A stretch of 64,000 nt of DNA. Source: Gammaproteobacteria bacterium. GTDB lineage: Bacteria > Pseudomonadota > Gammaproteobacteria > UBA1113. Location: the NCBI GenBank assembly GCA_021773305.1, contig JAJFKH010000007.1, positions 8,058-72,057 of the forward strand, written 5' to 3'. Shown here piece after piece: positions 1 to 10,437 of this stretch. How positions within the stretch are numbered: the stretch's first letter is position 1; each line of letters starts with the position of its first letter. Under the pieces are notes generated by a model. It was not told the origin of the DNA. It was given only the letters and a program-made list of their open reading frames with translations, and did no database searches. A program made the position numbers and the translations under genes.

Positions 1-25
1 GCCCGGGCGCAACTGACGCACAGAT

Positions 26-925
26 TTATCCCAGTCTCTTCTTAATAGAAAATTTAACGGTTCTGATGTTCCTGTCAACTGCCGGAAAAATCCGACGTGA
101 ACCTCGATCGAGCAGTTTTTGGCATGCCTCTACATGTTCATTATCACAATTTAGCTCATGCGCTCTCTTAAAAGCTGCTTGAGCAATTTTGTGGGTATCG
201 TTTGTTTCTCGATAACCCATGTTAGCATTGTTCCATAAAGATTTAACTAAATTTTTGCTACGATACCGCAGAGGTGCTAATGTGCCATTTAATCCTGGTT
301 TATCGCCAAAACTCACACCAATACCATCAAGCAATTGCCCCAATTCTTTTATGCTGTCACTCTGTTTAATTAAATCTATGCAAATTTCAGCAATCGCAGG
401 ATCATCTTTTTGTTTATTGGCAGTGGCTGATAAATTTTGACGTTTTATTTCCTGCACACAACGCGTCAATAAAGTAGATTTTACCCCAATGTTAGGTATT
501 TCGAACTCAGGCTCAGGTAATTCATACTCATATTCACTATTATCTAATAGAGTCATCACAGCTCTAGCAGGTTTACCCGATAAAATAGCATGGTAAAGTA
601 CTTTTTGCTCTGGCTCTAAATTATCATTTTGAAGGATCACCTCAGCGGCAAGCTCTCCGGATTTATTTTTAATCCCATAGTCTCGTTCCTCTTGCAAGCC
701 ATACTGGCCAAAAGCATCAAACACACTGATACAATCACCACAGCGAAAAATATAATGAAACCAAGTATCTCCTGCTTGATCAGTGATGAGAGGATCCGAT
801 AGACTAACAAAAATATCCGCCTTAATAGTGCCGTCTGGATCTTGAAATAAAAAAAACTGCTTCCAATTATCGTGTTGATTCAAAAGATCTTGTGTAATAA
901 TAAATTGTTCGTTATCGTCAGCCAT
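26..925 (-). CDS. Hypothetical effector-like protein with degenerate ankyrin-like repeats and a C-terminal YRETND domain
   Basis: 299-aa ORF. DQAGDTWFHY and IKNKSGELAAEV resemble ankyrin motifs. The C-terminus aligns by eye with the 12346 and 13548 ORFs. It has its own sigma70 promoter. Confidence 0.7.
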   Translation of the reverse strand: MADDNEQFIITQDLLNQHDNWKQFFLFQDPDGTIKADIFVSLSDPLITDQAGDTWFHYIFRCGDCISVFDAFGQYGLQEERDYGIKNKSGELAAEVILQNDNLEPEQKVLYHAILSGKPARAVMTLLDNSEYEYELPEPEFEIPNIGVKSTLLTRCVQEIKRQNLSATANKQKDDPAIAEICIDLIKQSDSIKELGQLLDGIGVSFGDKPGLNGTLAPLRYRSKNLVKSLWNNANMGYRETNDTHKIAQAAFKRAHELNCDNEHVEACQKLLDRGSRRIFPAVDRNIRTVKFSIKKRLG

Positions 926-963
926 CAGTACGTTCCAAATTATCGTTTTTCTAGTTAAGCGCG

Positions 964-992
964 ATCATACCAAATTCTATTGCATATGTCAA
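964..992 (-). promoter_or_regulatory. Sigma70 promoter of the 26..925 gene
   Basis: Minus strand reads TTGACA-17 nt-TATGAT, ending about 40 nt upstream of the ATG. Confidence 0.75.
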
Positions 993-1052
993 TAAATGGT
1001 CAATATTTTGCCGTCCAAAATTGTAACTGCTTGTTTTAAAATAATTTTCAAT

Positions 1053-2144
1053 TTAGATGGGGTTACGCTGTTGATCCGATCTAAAATTTAACATCCTCTC
1101 TGCAATATTGTTAAAATCATAATCTGGTAATTTTTCATCATTGATACCACACCACGCTGCAATATGCTCGACATCATTGTTTTTCATTGCGGCAGCCCTT
1201 AAAGAAGCGGTCAATAAGTGTGGCCAAGGATAGGGAGGAAAATTAGTTTTATTTTTTTTGTAATAATCAAGCATTATCTGATAGAGCCGATTCTCAACAG
1301 TGCGAGCCATGCGTCCTGAAACAACAGAGGTTAAAACACTGTTAGCAGTATTTTTTGAAGAAACGGTATTGAGGTAATTTGTTGGCAAGCCAGAACTTCG
1401 GCAAGCTAAAAAAGAGGTGCCTAGCTGGATAGCAGAAACACCTAGCTTAAATAGCGTTTCAACTTCCTCTGCATTGCGAATACCACCGGCAGCGATGCAA
1501 GGTACATCCCATTCTTCCAACCGCGCTGAACGAATAAGTTCAACCACGGTAAAAGTCAGATCAGCAATTGTCTCACCTTCGAATAAGCTCAAGTGGCCAC
1601 CGGCACAAGGCGATTGCAAAACAATGGCATCACACCCATCTTCAATAAGCTGCTGCGCTCCACGTATGGATACCGCAGATCCTATAATAAATGTCCCATT
1701 GCGCTTAAATGCTTCTATATGTTTTTTAGGTAAACGACCAAATGTAAAACTAAATACGGGGATTTTATGTTCTAGTAATACATCAAGCTGATCCCAAAAT
1801 AAACCTTTAATATCGAGATAAGGGATCTCAGGCTGCGCTACACCTAATGCCTTATAATAAGGAGATAAATATTGCCACAGACCATCTAATTGATGTTTCT
1901 GAGTACTATTTTTCTTATTGATACCCCAGCTTGGAATAAACAAATTAAAATTAAATACACTCGCGCTTTGTGCGTAAACTTTCACTTTCGATGCCACTGC
2001 ACTACCTTGCATATAACCAGCACCATAAGAAGGTAAGAAAAGCACCTTTCCATCAGTATCAGTAAAATGCGGTAACCATATATCTGTTGCAATCCCAGCC
2101 ATCGGGGCTTGAATGATGGGCGTTAAAAGCTCTAGGCGCTCCAT
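1053..2144 (-). CDS. Nitronate monooxygenase family flavin oxidoreductase
   Basis: Motifs PIIQAPMAG, AGGH, IAAGGI, QLGTSFL and SGRMAR. Start placed at the ATG at 2144. Confidence 0.85.
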   Translation of the reverse strand: MERLELLTPIIQAPMAGIATDIWLPHFTDTDGKVLFLPSYGAGYMQGSAVASKVKVYAQSASVFNFNLFIPSWGINKKNSTQKHQLDGLWQYLSPYYKALGVAQPEIPYLDIKGLFWDQLDVLLEHKIPVFSFTFGRLPKKHIEAFKRNGTFIIGSAVSIRGAQQLIEDGCDAIVLQSPCAGGHLSLFEGETIADLTFTVVELIRSARLEEWDVPCIAAGGIRNAEEVETLFKLGVSAIQLGTSFLACRSSGLPTNYLNTVSSKNTANSVLTSVVSGRMARTVENRLYQIMLDYYKKNKTNFPPYPWPHLLTASLRAAAMKNNDVEHIAAWCGINDEKLPDYDFNNIAERMLNFRSDQQRNPI

Positions 2145-2395
2145 GAACTCCTTGGCTCTGAGAAACTTGGAAGCAACGTGGATACCTAATTCGCAAGGGG
2201 TTAGCACAGCATTACTCTAAAATCACATTACATTAATTTGATGTATTGTACTCTAATTTAGGCGATTTCGCCCTGCAAGAATGCAGAACTGCAGTCTATT
2301 CCAATAGCAAAATGAATCTGAAGGTAGTTTGCTCTCATTATGTGCATCTGCTCCAGGCTCATTTCATATTGGAAGACTCTATGTCTATAAAACAA

Positions 2396-2426
2396 CGCAG
2401 AACCTGCTACAATAGTCGGTTCTGCG
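2396..2426 (+). promoter_or_regulatory. Inverted repeat enclosing the extended -10 of the emrAB-like operon (putative operator)
   Basis: CGCAGAACC-13 nt-GGTTCTGCG; the spacer contains TGcTACAAT. Confidence 0.5.
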
Positions 2427-2448
2427 ATCCCTTAAAAGAGAATATCCC

Positions 2449-3468
2449 ATGGAAAATCAACAACCCGCATCCTCCTGGAACAGTAAAAAACAGACTATTA
2501 TTTGGACAGTCATTGCGCTGGCTATTGCGCTGGCAACTTATAGTTATTTCCAATATCGGAAAAAGCACCCTTCCACAGATGATGCTTATGTACAAGCTGC
2601 CGTGGTACAAATGGCCCCTCAAATTAGCGGCCCCATCGCTCAAATCCATGTGGCAAACAACGAAGCTGTAACCAAAGGGCAATCCCTGATTACCATCGAA
2701 CCCATTATTTTTATGAATGCTGTACTAAAAGCAAAAGCAGGATTGCAATTAGCAGCACAGCATATGCAGATGGATAGTAAAGCCATTGATATTGTGAAAG
2801 CACAGGTGGTTCAAGCTCAAGCGCAGCTACTCGCCGAGCAACAACGATACAAGCGTATTCAAAGCCTGCTGCAAAATGATCAAATTGCTGTAGCCAAAGG
2901 AGATGATGCCAAAGCCAAATTGGATGTGGCTAAAGCACGACTCAATGCTATTAAAAGCACCTTAGCCAAAGCAGAAAAAAATCTTGGTACCGCAGGACAT
3001 CTCAATGCGCAAATCCAACAGGCCAAAGCCACGTTGGCCCTGGCTAAGAAAAATTTGGATTACACCGATATCAAAGCACCGGCTTCTGGCCATATCACTA
3101 ACTTCCATTTACGAGAAGGTACAACTGTTCAAGCAGGCCAAAAATTATTTCAATTGATTGAAAACAATCACTGGTGGGTTGATGCTCATTTTAAAGAAAC
3201 TCAGCTCGGCAATATTCAACCAGGTCAACTCGCAACGATAAAAATTGATATGTATCCCGGGCAAACCTTCCAAGGCCATGTGGATAGTGTCAGCCGAGGC
3301 AGCGGCGCTGCATTTTCCTTACTCCCTCCTGAGAATGCTACGGGAAATTGGGTGAAAGTCACCCAGCGCTTTACTGTCAAAATTACGTTGGACGATCCCG
3401 ATCCTAAATATCCATTGCGAGTCGGTGCGAGCAGTAAAGTGACCATTGACACTCAGCCTGCGGATTAG
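2449..3468 (+). CDS. emrA: EmrA/HlyD family efflux membrane fusion protein
   Basis: N-terminal TM segment, STDDAYV, coiled coil, and FSLLPPENATGNWVKVTQR. Confidence 0.9.
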   Translation: MENQQPASSWNSKKQTIIWTVIALAIALATYSYFQYRKKHPSTDDAYVQAAVVQMAPQISGPIAQIHVANNEAVTKGQSLITIEPIIFMNAVLKAKAGLQLAAQHMQMDSKAIDIVKAQVVQAQAQLLAEQQRYKRIQSLLQNDQIAVAKGDDAKAKLDVAKARLNAIKSTLAKAEKNLGTAGHLNAQIQQAKATLALAKKNLDYTDIKAPASGHITNFHLREGTTVQAGQKLFQLIENNHWWVDAHFKETQLGNIQPGQLATIKIDMYPGQTFQGHVDSVSRGSGAAFSLLPPENATGNWVKVTQRFTVKITLDDPDPKYPLRVGASSKVTIDTQPAD

Positions 3469-3473
3469 TCTCA

Positions 3474-4976
3474 ATGGAAACCCTCTCCAATATTAACAAA
3501 GGGCAATTAAGGCTCCTTGTCATTGCAGTCATGCTCGTCACTATCATCGAAGTACTGGATATGACCATTGTCACCGTGGCCCTGCCTCACATGATGGGAA
3601 ACCTCGGTGCCAGCTCTGATCAAATCACTTGGATCGTCACGTCCTACATTGTGGCATCCGTCATCGTCATGCCCTTGACCGGATTTTTAGTTAATTTCTT
3701 CGGTCGGAAAAGACTATTACTCATTTGCGTCAGTGGATTTATGGTTGCATCTATTCTCTGCGGCTTATCTGTCAATATCCTACAAATGGTTTTTTTCCGT
3801 GTCTTACAGGGTGCCTTTGGAGCAACCTTAATTCCGTTGTCACAGTATATCCTTCAAGATTCATTCCCTCCGGAAAAACAAGAAAAAGCCATGGCATTTT
3901 GGGGTATGGGCGTCATGGTTGCGCCGGTATTTGGCCCCACAATTGGTGGCTTTATTACCGAAGGACTTAATTGGCGTTGGATCTTCTTCCTCAATATCCC
4001 AGTATGTATTTTAGCTCTGTTTCTCATTCTAAAAGCGATTCCAGAGACCCTACGCAAACCACTTAGTGTGGATAAAGTCGGGTTATTTTGGATGGCTCTA
4101 GGTGTGGCTGCTTTGCAAATTTTTCTCGATGAAGGCAATACCCACAATTGGCTAGCATCCGACGTCATGCTATCTCTAATGTTGATTTCGATATTTTCTT
4201 TAGTTTTTTTCATCTATCGAGGCTTAAAAATTAACAATAACATTATTAATATCCGGCTGTTTGCCGATAGAAATTTTGCTGCATCAACCATCGTACTCTC
4301 TCTCGCCTGTATCGGTTTTTATAGCTTAACCACCATCCAACCTATCTTACTAGAACATCTACTACATTTTCCTGTTGCATTCACTGGATTAATTTTAGCT
4401 CCCCGAGGCGTCACCTGTGCCATTGCTATGTTTGTAGTGGCAGCCTTTTCCAGCAAAGTAGATCCAAGAATATGGGTGGTGGTTGGCTTGCTATTCAGTG
4501 CCACCGGAACTTATTTAGTCTCCAACTTAACCTTAGAAACAAGCTACATGCCATTTATCATCAGCTGTATCATTCAAGGCTTTGGCATGGGTCTGTTGTT
4601 TGTGCCCTTATCCGTACTGGCTTTAACCACACTCGCTCCAAAAGACATTGCAGAAGGCACAGGGTTATTTAGCTTTGGGCGAAGCTTGGGAGGCAGCATT
4701 GGCATTTCCATCATCAGCACGTTATTGACTCGCGCTACTATGGTAAAATGGAATGAAATCGGCGCGGCTATTGATCCGACGCGAAATGCGATGCAATATT
4801 GGCTCAGCCAAACAGGGCTTGATATCAATGCGCCCGTGACTATCAAACTCCTTGGCTATGAAGTCTACCGCCAATCGTCTATGGTTGCATTCAACAACTG
4901 TCATTGGCTGCTCGTTTGCCTCTTTATTATCCTCATACCTTTTGCGCTACTCATTAAAAAACCAGGACGCCCTTAA
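3474..4976 (+). CDS. emrB: DHA2 family MFS efflux permease (EmrB/QacA)
   Basis: LDMTIVTVALP, WIVTSY, GPTIGG and WRWIFFLNIP motifs; multi-TM; directly follows emrA. Confidence 0.9.
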   Translation: METLSNINKGQLRLLVIAVMLVTIIEVLDMTIVTVALPHMMGNLGASSDQITWIVTSYIVASVIVMPLTGFLVNFFGRKRLLLICVSGFMVASILCGLSVNILQMVFFRVLQGAFGATLIPLSQYILQDSFPPEKQEKAMAFWGMGVMVAPVFGPTIGGFITEGLNWRWIFFLNIPVCILALFLILKAIPETLRKPLSVDKVGLFWMALGVAALQIFLDEGNTHNWLASDVMLSLMLISIFSLVFFIYRGLKINNNIINIRLFADRNFAASTIVLSLACIGFYSLTTIQPILLEHLLHFPVAFTGLILAPRGVTCAIAMFVVAAFSSKVDPRIWVVVGLLFSATGTYLVSNLTLETSYMPFIISCIIQGFGMGLLFVPLSVLALTTLAPKDIAEGTGLFSFGRSLGGSIGISIISTLLTRATMVKWNEIGAAIDPTRNAMQYWLSQTGLDINAPVTIKLLGYEVYRQSSMVAFNNCHWLLVCLFIILIPFALLIKKPGRP

Positions 4977-5120
4977 GTATGAATAATTATTGAAATTTTC
5001 ACCTAAAACCAGGTTATACCCCGATTCATTAGACATATATTCGGAGTACACTCTGAATATAAAAGCTTTTGGATTGTATCTTGTAATAAGTCCTGAGAGT
5101 TTTTCACCCTCACATAAACC

Positions 5121-6536
5121 CTAGGTAAAAAACTCAGCATTTATCCATAGGTGACAAGCAACCGCCGCAATATAGCCTAGGCCTATCGCCCAGGCCCATT
5201 TTAAATGGCCAAAAAAGGTATATTTTCCTTTCGCCTGTCCCATAAGTGCAACACCCGCAGCAGAACCAATGGAAAGCATACTACCCCCAATACCTGCGGT
5301 TAACGTCACTAAGAGCCACTGACCTTCAGACATTTTCGGTAACATCGTCAACACAGCAAACATCACGGGTATATTATCCACAATCGCAGAAAGCACACCC
5401 ACCACCACATTGGCTGGCGTTGCCTGGTAAGCCGCGGGCAAAGATTGCCCCCATTGGTGATACATTACATCCGATGCTAAGCTCAAATACCCTAGGGCAG
5501 AAAGCCCGCCAACACAGAGGATCACTCCATAGAAAAATAATAAGGTATCCCACTCTGCTTTTTTCACACGCTGAAAAATGTCGAAAGGACGATAACTACC
5601 ATCTTCATCTTGAACTAATTGCCCACGTTTTTTCAAATAGTAGCCAAAGAATTGTAAATATCCTAATCCCGTCATCATCCCAATGACCGGGGGCAGTTCG
5701 AGGAAATGATGAAATCCAACGGCAGTGGCAATGGTCAAGATAAACAATATCATCACTCGCTTGGAGCCAAATTTCATCGTAATCACTTCTGTACTGGCTT
5801 CAGGTTTTTTCTTGCCAATAGCAAAGTGCATACAAGCTGCGGGAATAATAAAGCTCACAACAGAGGGTACAAAAATATGCAAGAATCCATGGATAGGTAT
5901 GATGCCCTTTTGCCAAACCATCAGTGTGGTAATATCACCAAAGGGACTAAATGCTCCCCCCGCATTAGCCGCAACAACGATGTTAATACAAGCAATGGAA
6001 ATAAATTTAACATCATCGCCTCCCACAGCCATCACCACAGCACACATCAGCAATGCAGTGGTTAAATTATCCGCGATGGGCGAAATAAAGAATGCCAAAA
6101 TCCCGGTGATCCAAAACAGTTGGCGGTAACTAAAACCTTTTCTCACCAACCAGGATCGCAAAGCTTCAAATACATTTCGCTCTTCCATGGTAATAACGTA
6201 GGTCATCGCAACTAACAAAAATAAAAATAACTCAGCATATTCTAAAATATTATGTCGCACCGCTTCCGCCGCCAGTTCACCAAGCCCCTTGGTATGGCAA
6301 ATATTCGCGACCACCATCCAAATAAAACCGGCTACTAACACCACTGGTTTAGATTTGCGCAGATGAGTAAATTCTTCTAGCATCACGAAGACATAAGCAA
6401 TAGCAAACAACAGCAATGCAATCATCGCCGCAGGGGAGGCTGTCATATGTAAATTTAAGATTTCATGCTCACTGGAAAATGCTAAAGCTGGCAACAATCC
6501 AATCAATGCCAATAAAGTAATGGTGATTTTCTTCAC
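5121..6536 (-). CDS. nhaD: Na+/H+ antiporter NhaD
   Basis: LRKSKP, FFISPIADNLTTAL, AANAGGAFSPFGDITTLMVW and SAIVDNIP. Confidence 0.92.
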   Translation of the reverse strand: MKKITITLLALIGLLPALAFSSEHEILNLHMTASPAAMIALLLFAIAYVFVMLEEFTHLRKSKPVVLVAGFIWMVVANICHTKGLGELAAEAVRHNILEYAELFLFLLVAMTYVITMEERNVFEALRSWLVRKGFSYRQLFWITGILAFFISPIADNLTTALLMCAVVMAVGGDDVKFISIACINIVVAANAGGAFSPFGDITTLMVWQKGIIPIHGFLHIFVPSVVSFIIPAACMHFAIGKKKPEASTEVITMKFGSKRVMILFILTIATAVGFHHFLELPPVIGMMTGLGYLQFFGYYLKKRGQLVQDEDGSYRPFDIFQRVKKAEWDTLLFFYGVILCVGGLSALGYLSLASDVMYHQWGQSLPAAYQATPANVVVGVLSAIVDNIPVMFAVLTMLPKMSEGQWLLVTLTAGIGGSMLSIGSAAGVALMGQAKGKYTFFGHLKWAWAIGLGYIAAVACHLWINAEFFT

Positions 6537-6559
6537 AATCCCTGTACTCCTTATTCATG

Positions 6560-7486
6560 CTAAAAATGCTGATAACCTTGAATGTCAAAATTTTGGCATT
6601 CTCCGCAGCTATCGAGCAATGATATCCCCATTGAAGCACAAATTGTGCCAATACGAAAGTATTCGAAAGAAACGCCTGGCTCCCCCGCCATGGTAAAACA
6701 AAGCTGGTAGTCATCACCTCCCCCAAGAGCTGCTTTGATGGCTTCATCTGCCCCAAGATCCTCTGAAAGTATTGGGTTCATCGGTATACTACTCAGTTGC
6801 AATTCGGCTCCAACACCGCTTGCACTCAATATGTGATGTAAGTCAGCTAACAAACCGTCAGAAATATCAATAGCCGCACTAGCACAATCTCGAAGCTGCA
6901 AGCCTGCCTCAATTTGTGGCGTTGGACGAAGAAATGCTTGGGATATCTGCGGGTGCTGTTCTAACAGAGCTGTTTCATCATTCATCAACCATTTTAGCCC
7001 CAAGTAGGCACTGCCCAACGCTCCCGTCACATAAATGCTATCTCCTGGCTGAGCACCTTCACGCTGCAAACCTTTCACATCCGGTAAAAACCCGTGCACT
7101 TGGCACGTAATAGATAAAGGCCCTCGGGTAAGATCACCCCCGACTAAAGACAGTGAAAATTCATCCGCCAATGAAAAAAAACCTTGGGAAAATTTTTCTA
7201 GCCAATTAACGTCATTATCTGGCAGTGTCAAAGACAATGTGACCCAAGCCGGTTCTGCCCCCATTGCAGCCAGATCGCTTAACGCCACCGCCAATGAGCG
7301 ATAACCCAAGTCGTCGGCTAAGATAGTTGGAGGAAAATGTACCCCGCTTACCAATGTATCGATACTGATAGCAAGACGTTTGTCTTGAGGAACTGAAAGA
7401 ATTGCACAATCATCCCCCGGCCCTAAAGCAACATCTCTTCGCAAAGGCCGCTTAAAGAAAAAATCAATGATTTCAAATTCGTTCAT
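6560..7486 (-). CDS. thiL: Thiamine-monophosphate kinase
   Basis: MNEFEII, GDDCA, SDLAAMGAEP, DISDGL and GGDDYQL; follows nusB. Confidence 0.95.
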   Translation of the reverse strand: MNEFEIIDFFFKRPLRRDVALGPGDDCAILSVPQDKRLAISIDTLVSGVHFPPTILADDLGYRSLAVALSDLAAMGAEPAWVTLSLTLPDNDVNWLEKFSQGFFSLADEFSLSLVGGDLTRGPLSITCQVHGFLPDVKGLQREGAQPGDSIYVTGALGSAYLGLKWLMNDETALLEQHPQISQAFLRPTPQIEAGLQLRDCASAAIDISDGLLADLHHILSASGVGAELQLSSIPMNPILSEDLGADEAIKAALGGGDDYQLCFTMAGEPGVSFEYFRIGTICASMGISLLDSCGECQNFDIQGYQHF

Positions 7487-7918
7487 CTAACGAGTTTCAA
7501 TTTCACGGAGTTGTCGTGCAGCTTTATCAACCACACCATTGATAAATTTATGGCTTTTGTCCGCACCAAATTTTTTTGCTAGTTCGATTGCTTCATTAAT
7601 CACAACTTTATAAGGCACATCCGGTTGCTTTAAAAATTCAAATGTCGCAATACGCAAAATACTCAATTCAATAGCACTGATTTCGCCAATGGGTCGATCT
7701 AAAAATGGTGCAAAAGATTCATCTAAGACAGATACGCTTAAAGGAATCTCCCGAAATAAATGTTGAAAATATTCTACGTCAAATGCAGACTGATTATTTT
7801 GATTTAAATATTGGGTTTCAATATCGAGACGATCTTCCCCTCCCACAAGCCATTGATATAGAGCTTGCAGAGCAATTTCTCGGGAACGCCGCCTGGCTTT
7901 AGGTTTCAGTTTCTTCAT
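7487..7918 (-). CDS. nusB: Transcription antitermination factor NusB
   Basis: [14 protein letters not shown] and [14 protein letters not shown]...FINGVVD. Confidence 0.96.
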   Translation of the reverse strand: MKKLKPKARRRSREIALQALYQWLVGGEDRLDIETQYLNQNNQSAFDVEYFQHLFREIPLSVSVLDESFAPFLDRPIGEISAIELSILRIATFEFLKQPDVPYKVVINEAIELAKKFGADKSHKFINGVVDKAARQLREIETR

Positions 7919-8363
7919 TCGCTAATCGTTGGATCTCTTGTTTGAATGCTTCCAAATCTTGGAAACTATAATAAACCGAAGCAAACCTCACGTAGGCCAC
8001 TTGGTCCATCTCTAATAATTCGTCCATCACCCATTTGCCTAACTGCTCTGAGGCAACTTCTCTCTCACCACAAGCACGCAAACGATGAATAATCCGTCTC
8101 ACCGCTTCATCTACACGTTCAACACTAACAGGACGTTTTTCTAATGCCTTGAGAAGTCCTTGCCGCAGTTTTGATTCTACAAAGGTAGAACGTCTGCCAT
8201 CGCGCTTGATTAATAACGGCATGTTCAATTCCGCGGACTCGTAAGTGGTAAAGCGCTCACTGCAAGACAAACACTCTCGTCGTCGCCGCACTTGCTCACC
8301 TTCACCAACCAAACGAGAATCGACAACTTTTGTCTCTGAAAAATTACAAAATGGGCAACGCAT
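7899..8363 (-). CDS. nrdR: Transcriptional repressor NrdR
   Basis: MRCPFC...VVDSR...RRRRECLSC zinc ribbon, ATP cone, and AYVRFASVY. Confidence 0.97.
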   Translation of the reverse strand: MRCPFCNFSETKVVDSRLVGEGEQVRRRRECLSCSERFTTYESAELNMPLLIKRDGRRSTFVESKLRQGLLKALEKRPVSVERVDEAVRRIIHRLRACGEREVASEQLGKWVMDELLEMDQVAYVRFASVYYSFQDLEAFKQEIQRLANEETET

Positions 8364-8372
8364 AGTAATCCT

Positions 8373-9626
8373 TTACTGATAAACAGGAAAACGTTGACAT
8401 AATTCAAGCACCTGCTGCTTGACTCGTGCTTTAATAGAAGCACTGGCAATATCATCTAACACATCGCAGATCCATAAAGCCAACTGAATGACCTCAGCTT
8501 GTTTAAACCCACGGGTTGTAATAGCCGGTGTGCCCATGCGCAAGCCACTGGTCACAAAGGGCGAACGCGGCTCGTTGGGTACGGTATTTTTATTGACGGT
8601 AATGTTTGCCTCTCCTAGAGCGGCTTCTGCATCTTTTCCCGTAATATCGTTGGCAATCAAATCCACTAGGAATAAGTGATTATCTGTTCCTCCTGAAACG
8701 ATATGATAACCTCGTCCCATCATCGCCTCAGTCATGGCTTTTGCATTATCAATAACTTGCTGTTGGTAAGTGCTAAACTCTGGTTCTAATGCTTCTTTAA
8801 ATGCCACAGCTTTCGCAGCAATCACATGCATTAACGGGCCACCTTGAATGCCTGGAAAAATCAATGAATTAAATTTTTTGGCAAGCTCTGGGGAACCATC
8901 TGCGAGAATCAAACCACCTCGTGGGCCGCGCAATGTCTTGTGAGTTGTGGAAGTAACCACATGAGCATGGGGAAAAGGAGAAGGATAATGCCCCGTTGCA
9001 ACTAACCCTGCTACATGGGCCATATCTACATGGAGATAAGCGCCCACACTATCTGCGATTTGACGAAACCGCTGCCAATCCATTATCCGTGAATAGGCAG
9101 AAAATCCAGCAATAATCAGTTTAGGTTTATGTTCATTCGCTAATGCTTGAACCTGATCATAGTCTACCTGGGCCGTATCAGCATCTAAACCGTAGGGAAT
9201 AACATTATAGAATTTGCCCGAAAAATTTACCTTACAACCATGGGTTAAATGACCACCATCGGACAGCCCCATCCCCAAAACCGTATCACCTGGTTCTAAC
9301 AATGCCATATAAACAGCCATATTCGCCTGAGAGCCGGAATGAGGTTGAACGTTAGCATAATCCACGGAGTATAGTGCTTTGGCTCTTTTTATCGCTAATA
9401 TTTCAGCCTGGTCAACATATTCACAACCACCATAATAACGTTTATGAGGGTAACCTTCAGCATATTTGTTCGTTAGCACGGAACCTTGAGCTTCCATGAC
9501 TCTAGGACTTACGTAGTTTTCCGAGGCAATTAATTCAACATGATCTTCTTGACGACGCTCTTCAGCCTTAATTGCGGTGTCAAGTTCCGGATCAAAATCA
9601 GCAATGGTCATAGATTCTGTAAACAT
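8373..9626 (-). CDS. glyA: Serine hydroxymethyltransferase
   Basis: [21 protein letters not shown] and [13 protein letters not shown]. Confidence 0.98.
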   Translation of the reverse strand: MFTESMTIADFDPELDTAIKAEERRQEDHVELIASENYVSPRVMEAQGSVLTNKYAEGYPHKRYYGGCEYVDQAEILAIKRAKALYSVDYANVQPHSGSQANMAVYMALLEPGDTVLGMGLSDGGHLTHGCKVNFSGKFYNVIPYGLDADTAQVDYDQVQALANEHKPKLIIAGFSAYSRIMDWQRFRQIADSVGAYLHVDMAHVAGLVATGHYPSPFPHAHVVTSTTHKTLRGPRGGLILADGSPELAKKFNSLIFPGIQGGPLMHVIAAKAVAFKEALEPEFSTYQQQVIDNAKAMTEAMMGRGYHIVSGGTDNHLFLVDLIANDITGKDAEAALGEANITVNKNTVPNEPRSPFVTSGLRMGTPAITTRGFKQAEVIQLALWICDVLDDIASASIKARVKQQVLELCQRFPVYQ

Positions 9627-9720
9627 GCAAAATATCCTAAACTGAGCAAAATACTTTTCGCAGGTAGGATAACCTTTTCTGAACGATTAATCCATACACA
9701 AGCGAGCGAGAAACTATAGC

Positions 9721-10098
9721 CTAAATAATAACCAAGATCAACAACATTGCACCCATCAATGCAAAGTTAGTGATAAAAAGTTGTCGGGAAATATATTTTA
9801 TTTCACCTTCTCTTTTCCAAAATCGGTTACATGTGAGATTGTGAATGAGTAGATATACTATTAAAAAGAGGGCAGCAACAGTGAGAAATTGACCCACAAC
9901 AAGCAGTATGCTGGCTAATATTTGCACTAAAATACCAACGAGAAGACCTATCATGGGCAAAGGTACATTGCATGCTTTCATCGTATCCACATGAGTTTGC
10001 CAATTTTTTATACTTTCATAAGCCATGTATAAAAAATATCCTGCTAATAACAAGCGCGCGAGAAAAAAGAAAAATGCCATGCCGCTTGATAATTCCAT
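9721..10098 (-). CDS. DoxX family membrane protein
   Basis: 125 aa with 4 TM segments; ARLLL and FW...FITNFALMGAMLL pattern. Confidence 0.75.
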   Translation of the reverse strand: MELSSGMAFFFFLARLLLAGYFLYMAYESIKNWQTHVDTMKACNVPLPMIGLLVGILVQILASILLVVGQFLTVAALFLIVYLLIHNLTCNRFWKREGEIKYISRQLFITNFALMGAMLLILVII

Positions 10099-10179
10099 GG
10101 TGAAGACCTCTGTTGTCCTTAATTAATAAAAACAATTATACACTTTTTTTAACGCATACTAAAGTTATACTCACGCCGC

Positions 10180-10205
10180 ACGATAATTAATTACGATAAT
10201 TAATT
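10180..10205. repeat. 13-bp tandem direct repeat ACGATAATTAATT x2
   Basis: Exact copies at 10180-10192 and 10193-10205, between the divergent DoxX gene and the cyd remnant. Confidence 0.7.
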
Positions 10206-10229
10206 AAAGATAATCTGCGGAGAATCAGA

Positions 10230-10432
10230 ATGAATAGGCATACAGTAAACTTCTCGTTGAAATAGCCTGTTGCCTCGCTTTAAAAATCCTAGGCTTGATT
10301 ATCATTGCTCACGTTTGTTTTGCAAATCATTCTCATTTAACGCCTGAAAATATCCAATCACACTTATTCCCACAATTGGAAGGATCTATATCAGCCAAGG
10401 CATTGCAGGTTACTCTCTGCAAACCCAACTAG
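10230..10432 (+). pseudogene. Frameshifted cydP-like small subunit remnant
   Basis: GGAGA RBS and ATG at 10230, which stops after 11 codons. A shifted frame reads KLLVEIACCLALKILGLIIIAHVCF, resembling CydP. It lies directly upstream of cydX. Confidence 0.5.
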
Positions 10433-10437
10433 TATTT

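Noticed and set aside
2246-2682. ORFs 2246..2671 (+) and 2407..2682 (-)
   Set aside because: Both overlap emrA in other frames and have no recognisable motifs; treated as shadow ORFs, like most short antisense ORFs in the track.
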